From IMG/VR virus record IMGVR_UViG_3300025647_000017: DNA of 64,000 nucleotides; one strand, 5' to 3'. Position numbers and translations under genes: made by a program. A model generated the notes under the pieces. That model made no database searches. It saw only the letters and a list, made by a program, of their open reading frames with translations, and had not been told where the DNA came from. Of the stretch, positions 23,719 through 32,410 are shown in pieces (the stretch's first letter is position 1; the number at the start of each line of letters is the position of its first letter). The DNA is from an uncultured virus (IMG/VR IMGVR_UViG_3300025647_000017). Lineage: Duplodnaviria > Heunggongvirae > Uroviricota > Caudoviricetes.

Positions 23719-24284
23719 TACGTTTTCCCTGTTTCTATAGCAAGTCCAGTAAGTTTGAACCCATCAACAACCGTTTTAGTACCAGTCTTAGGGTCAGTGG
23801 TGCCAGCTAAAGATGAACCTGTACCAGCACTAGGAGATACTGTGACAGTTGTTAATGTGTCAAGGGATGCCTTCATACCAAAATCTAATTGCTGTATTGA
23901 GAGGTTGACTGCAAGGCTATCCTTACCTTCCTTCATATAGGAAAAACTTGTTATAACACAATTATCAAACGAAGGAACCATCCTATCTTCAGTACCATAC
24001 AGAGTAAATACTACCACATCATCAATAACTTGATTGACTAGAGTAATATAATCTTCTGGTGCAGGAGAGTCATTCCTCACTTTAGTTTGGTTAATTGTGC
24101 CAACTAAGTTTATACTAGGTAAATCTGGGTGGTAATGATCACTAACCTTGACACCAGACTGCAGAGTATGTTGAGCCACTGATGCTGAACGTGTAACTTC
24201 CATAGAAGATGTAACGTCCAACACCAATACAGTAGTGCCGTCCTTGGCTAGGAGGAACACTACATTTTTTAATAAACTAGCCAT
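23718..24284 (-). CDS. Tail tube initiator or Dit-like protein
   Basis: H.LQSG..VSDH motif; directly downstream of tape measure. Confidence 0.7.
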   Translation of the reverse strand: MASLLKNVVFLLAKDGTTVLVLDVTSSMEVTRSASVAQHTLQSGVKVSDHYHPDLPSINLVGTINQTKVRNDSPAPEDYITLVNQVIDDVVVFTLYGTEDRMVPSFDNCVITSFSYMKEGKDSLAVNLSIQQLDFGMKASLDTLTTVTVSPSAGTGSSLAGTTDPKTGTKTVVDGFKLTGLAIETGKT

Positions 24285-27200
24285 TAGTTTTGTACCTCCC
24301 TTATTTTAGAGTCAACCATATCTTTCACTGCACCACTATTTGAAATAGTAACACCCATCTTCTCTGCATCTGCACCAATAGTGATGTTAACTGCATTTGA
24401 ACTAGATGAACTTCCAAACCACGATGGTGATTTATTTGTTGCATCAAACCAAGTTGGTAACCCTAATCCTTGGTCTAACTTGTCAGCGAATAAGAATAGG
24501 TTTTTAAAACTATCATAGAATGGTGTGAGTGGTGAATTAGATAATGTTTTATCCATGCCAGACATGTAACCTGATCCTAGAGTAAAACCGCTGTTACCTT
24601 TTTTCTTCTCACGAGGGTCAAATAATACACCAATTTTATCTTGGTTAAATAAGTTGATTAATTCCTCACCCCAGAATGCAGCCATTTTGATACTATCTGC
24701 AATAGCTAAAGCTGCGGCTACAACAGGACTCATTCTGCCTAATAAACCTGTGAACATAGGTAAGAACCTACTCATAGTTTTTAAGCTGATAGCCCAGTAT
24801 CCAGCAAATGCTGCCATTGGTACTAAGAAGCTACTGTCACCCATTAGTTTAGTTAAGTCATCAAGTAGTACACCAACAGCTTTAAGTGTAGGAGTGACGG
24901 CTTTTAGACCTGCAGAGAGGATCTTAAACACTGAACCAATGATACGACCTAGTGATACCCATAAAGGTTTAAGGTCAACCACAGACTTTGCAGTCTCGTT
25001 AAATAGTTCAGTCAAACCTTCGGCAAATCCAGACTTAAATATCAAGTCACCAGCTTCTTGGAATGATAAACCTAAACGGTTCATTGCCACACGGTTAGAT
25101 AACATGGCTTTGTCTAAACCACCATTAGCACGAGCAGCCTCAGACATACGTTTAGCAAAGAATGGTAATACCTTTTCAGATATCAAACCACCAGTTTGCT
25201 GTAGTGCCATCATAGATGCAACTGAACCATCTAAGGTTAAACCTGCGTCTTTTGCTGCCAGAGCCATTTGTAATATGGCATTTGGTAATACTTCCCCCAT
25301 TTGGAGTTTTCATTTATATACCTAAATTTTCACTTAGGATTAGACTATATCTTAACCCTGACGGGTCTGTATTTTCGAGTAAGATTCTACCCTACATCCT
25401 ATCGGATTAGTCTTTTGAGGTTATACCCTTTTTGCGTTGGCTCTTAGATATGTATTTACCTACCCACCAAGTATAGTCTTTGCTAATATTTTCAAAAGAA
25501 CATCTATATTTTATATTATTAACAGACTTCTTGTTTATCAGATCAGGAATGTCATATAAATCACAAATAAATTTACAACCAAAACCATATTCAAGTAGGT
25601 CACATATTTGTTTTGCTATTATAACAGTCATATTATCCGTAGGTTCTGGTTGTAAATTGTAGTCTTTTGTAAACCAAGAATACAAAACTCCAGTACGTAA
25701 TTTACTTATCTTATTTTTACTTACACCAGTAATAGTGTGTATTTCTAAGGTAGATTTACCACCCTCTATAAGTTTACAGATATCTTCCATAACACTAAGG
25801 GCTAGATCCCTTTTATGGTCACTGGCATGTTCAGGCATATTATCTACATAATGTTTTGAATTCTCTTTGTAGGTTATCCATTCAAGATTGTTCACATTGC
25901 AGTTACTTTTGTCCAAGTCTTTATGATTGACTATCAACCCTTTTTGGTAGGTATCTAATAAGAATGCTTTTGCAACTAAAGTATGACAATTTCTGTACAT
26001 ATTCTTGCCGTTTACACCTCTTAAATTAACACCCCAATAACCACCATCATAAATTCTTCTACTTAGATATCTGTTACTTTTATAACTATACACATTCCCA
26101 TTTTTTATCTACTGAATAGTCTGGGAATTCTTCTATCACTTTTAGCATTATAATCTCCTTCAATGGAGATCAGGTATATTCCTAACGGATTACCTAATCT
26201 TGACACATTTTTACTTTACCAAACACATTACTGTTTGCCCTAACCTATATTACTATGGCTAGTTAGTAGTGTCAAGCTCTAAAGGCTTTCCCGTTTTAAC
26301 ACATTTTATTTAGACACATTTCTGTGAATAGAGCCAAAACTTGAGTTAAATCAATAACTTAGCTCTTCTGCTGAAACTACCCCTTTCAATTCTGTTAATA
26401 TTAGTCGTTAATTAATATATACCTTTTAGTATCTCTATATTACTATAGATGTTCAGACTATATCTTCACTATTTTACAGTGCATTACGTTTCGATACCAC
26501 TTAGTACCTACATCCTATCGGATTAGTCGTTGAGGGCCACCTAGATTATTCTAGACTCCCTGCTGATCACCCAAGTTGGGCTTCCCAGCATATATAATGT
26601 TTTACATGAGCTAAGGTTAACTCATCCTATACACCCTGTATTACTACAAGGATTAGACTATATCTTAACCTTCAACTTAATGTTAAGGTTATTTACGCTT
26701 CGAGGACAATTTATTATCACCCCCTACACTCTTACGAGTTAGTCTTTACACGTTCCTCTTATATGAGGCTTCGCTCGGTATTGTCCTACTTCCTTTTAGG
26801 AGTTTCACCGAATTCATAAATTTAATTATTCATCATATTTCTATGAAGCCAAACAATGATTTATTTGTTGCAAAGCGTTTGTCTATGGACTATATCTTAA
26901 TCCTAAAAAAGGATTCCTTATTTTCGATTAAACTGTATAATCTACACCCTAAAGGGTTAGTCTCTGAAGGTTCTTACTTTAGTAAGGTTCCCTGCTGATT
27001 GTCTCTAATGAAATATCCCAGCAATTAAAAAGGTTTTACATTTAATATTACTATTAAAAGGAGCCACAAACCATTTAGCTCTTGTACTTTCTTCTGCACT
27101 TAGCCCTAGAAGGGTTGACATTTCTGAAATTCCTACGAAAGAGGCTTTCACATCTTCCAGACTCATCTTCCCTCGTGCAGATAACATCTTGGCAAAGTTC

Positions 27201-28021
27201 TTACCACTTGATGCTAATCCTAACCCCAGTCTGTATGCTTCGTCCCTGACGAACTTGAAGTTGTCACCTGCTTCCTTGGAGTTTGTACTTACTGCCAACA
27301 TTGTATTACTTACAGATTCGAAATCCTGTCCTACTCTAGTAATACCTACACCCAACCCTGCTACAGCGAACGCTGATAACATGTTACCTGCAAACTGTTT
27401 ACTGGATGCTGACATACGTTGCATAAGGAAGTTCTGCTTGTGCATAGAACGTTCTGATTGCCTCATAACACGGAGTCTTTCCCTCTCCATAGCAATGAGT
27501 AACCTAACTTCTTTTGCAGTCCTAGCCTTAGCTACAGACTCTCTCAATGCAGCTTGAGCTAGACGTTCTTGCTCATTGGTAGCAGCTTTAAGGTTTAACC
27601 CTGATCTTCCAAAAGTTTCTTTGGCTGAACTAAGGTTGGTTACTCGTCTACTTTCCATCCTAGCTTGTCTATTTAACTCTGCTTCTCTAGCTTTAACATG
27701 AGCATTATTACTAGGTAAGCTTGTTGGTATTCCAGCTTTAGCTCTTTCTACTGCAGCTTTTTTCTCAAACTTTATGTTCTGTTTAATTGCTGCAATATGT
27801 GCTGCACTTAAATCCTTTTCTCGTTTAACTTTATTATTGTATTCTTTATTTAAATGCTTCTCACGTTCCTTATGGTGAGCATTCATCATCTTCTGATTAG
27901 AACGAGTAGAGGCTTCTTGTTTCTTACCAAAATTCCCCATCTTCTTCTCGAAGTCTTGTAACTTTTTAAGTGCGGTATCAAACCCTACCTCCACCGTATA
28001 CTTTACAATTTCCTCTGCCAT
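24284..28021 (-). CDS. Tape measure protein, spliced from 5 exons: 28021..27077, 26882..26863, 26626..26620, 26386..26361, 25310..24284 (674 aa)
   Basis: Splicing gives ...EESTRA|TNALQQM|MS|KGVVSAEEL|KLQMGEVLP..., the conserved tape-measure domain motif; total 2025 nt in frame; follows the tail chaperones. Confidence 0.92.
25311..26360 (-). mobile_element. Group I intron TMP-i4 (1050 nt) with HNH ORF in P6
   Basis: P1 GAGCU/GGCUC; P10 AGUUUU/AAAACU; extended P5; P7 GACUA/UAGUC; P9 GAAA; terminal G at 25311. Confidence 0.92.
25407..26148 (-). pseudogene. Intron-encoded NUMOD4-HNH homing endonuclease with a +1 frameshift in an A6 run
   Basis: AAGGAG RBS and ATG at 26148 give MLKVIEEFPDYSVDK; one extra A at 26101-26106 breaks continuity with NGNVYSYKS...H.LVA..F...VNHKD..K.NC..NNLEW. 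Confidence 0.75.
26387..26619 (-). mobile_element. Group I intron TMP-i3 (233 nt, no ORF)
   Basis: P1 AUGAGU/GCUCAU; P10 CCUU/AAGG; UGCUGG..UCAGCA P4; P7; P9 GUAA; begins with in-frame UAA. Confidence 0.92.
26627..26862 (-). mobile_element. Group I intron TMP-i2 (236 nt, no ORF)
   Basis: P1 CAAAU/GUUUG; P10 UCAUU/GAUGA; UUCGGUG..ACCGAG P4; P7; P2 GAAA and P9 GUAA tetraloops. Confidence 0.92.
26883..27076 (-). mobile_element. Group I intron TMP-i1 (194 nt, no ORF, no P9)
   Basis: P1 GAGCU/GGCUC; P10 GUUUGU/ACAAAC; AAUUGCUGGGA and AAUCAGCAGG core; ends AAGAUAUAGUCCAUAG. Confidence 0.88.
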
Positions 28022-28041
28022 TATTATTTCACCTTATGTTG

Positions 28042-28404
28042 TTACATATTCCCTGCTACTTTACTCATCATATTTCTCTTATCTTCAGCATTCTTGTTAT
28101 CCATTTCTGCTGCTTGTCTCAAGTCGTTATAATAATCTACTAATGATGCCAACTCTAAAAACTCTTCCACACTATATTCCCATTTAAGAGTGCTTAATGT
28201 CTCACTGCAATATTCAGAGTTAGCGATCATAAAGAACATACTATCTACTGCGAAGTTTTCTCTTTGCTTACTGGCGTACTCGATGACGTCCCACTGATTT
28301 CTTCGTTTATATCTTTCTTTAAGTTCTCGACTATATCTTTCATTTTTGGACTCAGCAACGCCATTACTTTCTCTATCGAAGTACGAATCATAGCGTTGCC
28401 CCAC
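28042..28404 (-). CDS. Tail assembly chaperone, -1 frame extension (GT/E'-like)
   Basis: The -1 frame opens exactly at the TTTTTTG slippery site; lies between the chaperone and tape measure. Confidence 0.65.
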   Translation of the reverse strand: MGQRYDSYFDRESNGVAESKNERYSRELKERYKRRNQWDVIEYASKQRENFAVDSMFFMIANSEYCSETLSTLKWEYSVEEFLELASLVDYYNDLRQAAEMDNKNAEDKRNMMSKVAGNM

Positions 28405-28823
28405 AAAAAATCCTTAAAGTTTTCCGTGAATAACCAGAACAATACCTCCAAGTAATCCCCATTGTGGTCATCAAAGTGATCCTCAATAGCGTCCATACTC
28501 ATTTCTTCGCCTTTGATCATTAAGCTACCAATCATCTTACGACTTAAATCATCGAAGTGTTCTGGTGTTACATGAGAGGTTAACATGGTGAGCATCTTAC
28601 CGAACAAGTTAGATGAAGGTTCCATATAATTATCATCACGTTCTTGCTTCTCCATGACAGCATCAATACCACTTCCTGCTGCTGGTGATAACACTGTGAT
28701 GAGTTTAAAGCCTTCCTTCATAATATCATATGTTGACATCTTACTAGCCTTGTACAAACGTTCCTCTCCGTCTGTGCCAGTAATAAGTTTACTAATAATT
28801 CTTTTGTTATAACGTGTAGCCAT
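28245..28823 (-). CDS. Tail assembly chaperone
   Basis: Between tail tube and tape measure; ENFKDF motif near the slippery site. Confidence 0.75.
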   Translation of the reverse strand: MATRYNKRIISKLITGTDGEERLYKASKMSTYDIMKEGFKLITVLSPAAGSGIDAVMEKQERDDNYMEPSSNLFGKMLTMLTSHVTPEHFDDLSRKMIGSLMIKGEEMSMDAIEDHFDDHNGDYLEVLFWLFTENFKDFLWGNAMIRTSIEKVMALLSPKMKDIVENLKKDINEEISGTSSSTPVSKEKTSQ

Positions 28824-28898
28824 TTATTTCTCTCCTTAAAAGAATAAAGGAGGCTATGAACAAGCCATATCCTCCTTTAAAGTATTGTTACTATTTAG

Positions 28899-29363
28899 TT
28901 AAATCCATAAACCAATTGTTGCTGTGACCTTGTTGATATCACTTGTAGCAATGAATGATTCACATGTCCAAGTCCAAGTCTTATCACCCATAACACCAGC
29001 GAATGATTGAGTTGGTTGTCCAGTTAGTGTTGCGTTACGTGCTACGAAGTTTGCTGATAAACCAAAAGTATCTACACAATAGAATGTACCAATCTTTGGT
29101 CTAACACCACGCTTAGTTTGTTCTGCTGCAATCTCTGCCAACTTCTGATTCAAGGGTGCTGTTTGTTTAAGTGTTAGAGTAATTACTGCACCTTGTGGGG
29201 ACAATTTACTAATACCCATCTCACCATCAGAACTCCAACTAATTTCTGATAAGTCCCCAACTGGGGTGAACTCTAGGAAAGCACCATCACCAACACGTCC
29301 GTGATCTAGTACGATACCTTCCCAAGCTGCCTCAATTGATTTAGCTTCATATAATAATGACAT
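28899..29363 (-). CDS. Tail tube protein
   Basis: Size, position after the sheath, ITLTLKQT and TWTWTC motifs. Confidence 0.8.
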   Translation of the reverse strand: MSLLYEAKSIEAAWEGIVLDHGRVGDGAFLEFTPVGDLSEISWSSDGEMGISKLSPQGAVITLTLKQTAPLNQKLAEIAAEQTKRGVRPKIGTFYCVDTFGLSANFVARNATLTGQPTQSFAGVMGDKTWTWTCESFIATSDINKVTATIGLWI

Positions 29364-29378
29364 TTATAATCTTCCTCT

Positions 29379-30746
29379 TTATACTAGCTCTGCAGCTTCA
29401 TAAGTTAAGTTACCGTTAACGATAATAGTATTTACTGCACCAGCTAAATAACCTGTCCATTTTACGTTATCTAGGATACGTGCTACTTTCTCTGAGAACG
29501 GAATTTCAGTTAGGTAATCTGGCATTGTTGCACCGATATAACCTGATAAGAAACCTACGTCTACCGCACGATCTAATACTGAGTTAATAGTGCTGATAAC
29601 TGCACCAGCTTCAGTGAATGAAACCTTGCCACCCTTCTGGTTTAATAGTAGGTTTAATAGTGCTACTTCAATTTGGTCGTTTAACCAGTCACTTCCAACG
29701 ACCACATCTAGCCATTCTCCACCAACTGTCTTACCTTCACGATAGAATGCAACTTTACGTTCTTCTCCCATCCAACCACCGTTGCGGTCATCAATGTAAC
29801 CTTGTAGGCGAGTAGGTAATTTCTTGCCAGTAACTAAATCTGCTGCAACTGGAACACCAGTAGTTTGCATGAACTTATAGTTTACTGAACCAGCTTGATA
29901 TGGGGAGTTGTAGCTAAAGTTACCAATCTCTGGGAATACTGTATCTGCTGCATGGTTCCAATCACACACTGTACGGAAGTACTTAAGCGCTTTCAATTCA
30001 CCGATAACGTCAATCGCTGGGTCAACTACTGGTTTAATAGTGTCGGCATCAGTTGTTGATGTCCAATAGATTTTAGGAAAGTTACCACCACTTGTAGCTT
30101 CAATCTCAGCAGCCATAGCTAACTGGAAGGCTTTAGCATGGTCTTCAGAAGATAAACAGTACCAATCATTCTCTTCATCTTGAATTGCTTGTAGTAAGTC
30201 TGCTGCTGTCTCTGTAGTGATATATGAGTCAGAAGTTTTAACAAAATCTTTAACTACTACAGTGAATGTAGCATCAGCTTCAACTTCAACAGTGTCACCT
30301 ACTGCAGTGAATGTAGTGTTAGCTGGAGCTAAACCTTCCCAAATGGCAGCAATAGATGCTTTGGTTGCAACTGCTGCAGTAGCTGTGATTGGTGTAGTAG
30401 AAACTAAAGCACCTGCTGCATCGTATACATTTACATTGAAACTATACACATTACCAATAACCACATCCTCTGATGGAGTCATTACAGCAGTATCAGTTTG
30501 ACGACGACCTAAGTATACTCGACTTGGTGCTGGGTTCTGACTGAATGCTAAACGTGCAGCATTATATGAGTTTGAACCTGATGGGATTGCATCATCATCA
30601 CGAACTTCATCCCATGAACCATATGAGCGAGTACGCTCAAAAAAGTAATTATGTGCTGCTACGAATAATGGGAAGTCTAATGAAATCCCTTCAGCACTAG
30701 TTGTGTTTCGAGTAATAGAACTCGATACCGAATCTTGGTATGGCAT
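29379..30746 (-). CDS. Tail sheath protein (DUF3383-like)
   Basis: FSQNPAP, GEWLDVVVGSDWL and LAGAV motifs. Confidence 0.88.
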   Translation of the reverse strand: MPYQDSVSSSITRNTTSAEGISLDFPLFVAAHNYFFERTRSYGSWDEVRDDDAIPSGSNSYNAARLAFSQNPAPSRVYLGRRQTDTAVMTPSEDVVIGNVYSFNVNVYDAAGALVSTTPITATAAVATKASIAAIWEGLAPANTTFTAVGDTVEVEADATFTVVVKDFVKTSDSYITTETAADLLQAIQDEENDWYCLSSEDHAKAFQLAMAAEIEATSGGNFPKIYWTSTTDADTIKPVVDPAIDVIGELKALKYFRTVCDWNHAADTVFPEIGNFSYNSPYQAGSVNYKFMQTTGVPVAADLVTGKKLPTRLQGYIDDRNGGWMGEERKVAFYREGKTVGGEWLDVVVGSDWLNDQIEVALLNLLLNQKGGKVSFTEAGAVISTINSVLDRAVDVGFLSGYIGATMPDYLTEIPFSEKVARILDNVKWTGYLAGAVNTIIVNGNLTYEAAELV

Positions 30747-30762
30747 TATGGCCTCTTATTTA

Positions 30763-31434
30763 TTATGGTATGATTGATGTTGCGGAACCCTGTAAAACTA
30801 GAGGATCTAAATCTTCATCGTCAAGCTTCACATCTCCTGTCCAATTGATAGTGTCAAAACTAAGTGCGTCATAATCAATTAATCTATCAACACTACTAAG
30901 TTTTAGTTGCATTGTGCAGATATCATGATATGATGTTGATATTAAATCAGGGGTTGAACGTATAGGGTTCATAAACTCTAATACAGTAAACACCTCATCC
31001 CTTAATCGCTTTCTATGTTTATCTAGCATTAAACCTTTACGTATCTCTCTAAGTAATCTATGAGCGTTACCTTTATCATCATAAGTTGATGCTGGCATAC
31101 TCTCAGTACGTAAAGTAATATTAAAGTTGGTGAGTTTATCTTCGTATTGTGTGGTGACTGTGATAAGATTAGGTGGATCAGAAGGATCTTCTATTTCTAC
31201 ATCAATCAATCCAGCGTCAATAGTAATACCGTCATTATCAATACTACCTTGATAGTTTAATGTGACGTAAGGTAATGGTGGTGTGTTACCAGAAAAGTTT
31301 GCAATGATGATTGATTTAGCACCACCACTATTAGGCAGTTCAGATAAATTAGCACCAACAATATCTTCTATGATATTAGATAAAGTTTGCATTACTGCAA
31401 AGTGATCAAATTGCCAAGCATCGTTTAGACTCAT
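30763..31434 (-). CDS. Tail terminator or completion protein
   Basis: Immediately upstream of the sheath; P.PY.T motif. Confidence 0.6.
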   Translation of the reverse strand: MSLNDAWQFDHFAVMQTLSNIIEDIVGANLSELPNSGGAKSIIIANFSGNTPPLPYVTLNYQGSIDNDGITIDAGLIDVEIEDPSDPPNLITVTTQYEDKLTNFNITLRTESMPASTYDDKGNAHRLLREIRKGLMLDKHRKRLRDEVFTVLEFMNPIRSTPDLISTSYHDICTMQLKLSSVDRLIDYDALSFDTINWTGDVKLDDEDLDPLVLQGSATSIIP

Positions 31435-31820
31435 TTTTGTTCCACCCTAACTGCCAAGTAAACTTGATGTGATGGTATTAATGAGAAAGAACTATTAGCA
31501 TCCCACTGTTCCTTATCCATCACCATGTACTTAAAAGTAGTTGGATTTAAATCTGGATCTTTCAGTGTGATTAAATCAGCATCTGATAAATTACCTTCAA
31601 TATTATTATACACCTTCAAGTCATATTCAGTATAAATAATTACTGACTCTGCAGATGAAGTACCTTGTGGTAATATAAGTGAAGTCTCCTCCCTATTATA
31701 CGGTTCAACTAGTCCAGACTTCTTACTAACAACTGGAACACCTTCAACCCACACACGATTAATATACTGACCTGTCCTACTGATAACCCACATATTGCTA
31801 TCTTGAATTAAAGTAAACAC
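31431..31820 (-). CDS. Head closure or neck protein
   Basis: G.Y...WV.G motif; probable GTG start at 31820 after AGGA. Confidence 0.55.
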   Translation of the reverse strand: MFTLIQDSNMWVISRTGQYINRVWVEGVPVVSKKSGLVEPYNREETSLILPQGTSSAESVIIYTEYDLKVYNNIEGNLSDADLITLKDPDLNPTTFKYMVMDKEQWDANSSFSLIPSHQVYLAVRVEQK

Positions 31821-31906
31821 TTTACTAATCCTATGTTGATGTGGTATATGTTCATGGTAGCACAAAAACTGATAGTATGCAATAATATAGGGGCAGGTAG
31901 ATGTAA

Positions 31907-32410
31907 TTATGGAATGATAATTGCTGCTCCATTTATAGAGTATGCTAGGTGGCTGACCAAACCCCCTGTCCAGATAAGTGGATTATTTGGACGGACTCCA
32001 GCTTTAGCTTTAAGGTATTGGGTGAAATCTGAGTTCTCATGCAATTTTGAAATGTCGCCAAAAGAGTTCCTTGTTACATCTACATAAGATTTTGCTGTCA
32101 TACTTAAAACTTTATCTACACTTATAGGACTCTTTGATTTAATATTAGAAAAGTATAATTTTAAATTATTCTTAAACTCTAAGTTGTTTCTTATAGGAGA
32201 AAATGTGGAAAACTCTAAGTTTAAAACTGGCCTTGCTGGTAAATTTATTTTGGTACTCCCATATGATAGTATTGCAAAAATATTAGGGTAAGATAATCCA
32301 GAGTTGTGTTTACCTTGGGAGTCCCAGTACCCTACCTCAAACTTCTTCTTATGTAACTCTTTGAATCTTTTGACTAAATTAGGGATATTATTCTTTTTAA
32401 GTACCAACAT
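31907..32410 (-). CDS. Neck or tail completion protein
   Basis: YG....LPARP and PLIWTG.L motifs. Confidence 0.65.
   Translation of the reverse strand: MLVLKKNNIPNLVKRFKELHKKKFEVGYWDSQGKHNSGLSYPNIFAILSYGSTKINLPARPVLNLEFSTFSPIRNNLEFKNNLKLYFSNIKSKSPISVDKVLSMTAKSYVDVTRNSFGDISKLHENSDFTQYLKAKAGVRPNNPLIWTGGLVSHLAYSINGAAIIIP

Noticed and set aside
25311..27076. Nested introns (twintrons) in the tape-measure gap
   Set aside because: Each core is complete and collinear, and each is separated by a coding micro-exon needed for the protein motif, so the introns are serial rather than nested
27005..27076. C-terminal KWFVAPF...GIFH of the 338-aa ORF as real protein sequence
   Set aside because: It is read-through into intron TMP-i1; likewise the TTG start at 61463 and the ATG starts at 7596, 25300, 59902 and 60904 are internal or intronic
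18283..30501. Long antisense ORFs (e.g. 18283-18912, 20590-21066, 24654-25325, 27189-27557, 30217-30501)
   Set aside because: They shadow well-supported minus-strand structural genes codon for codon and lack RBS or motifs
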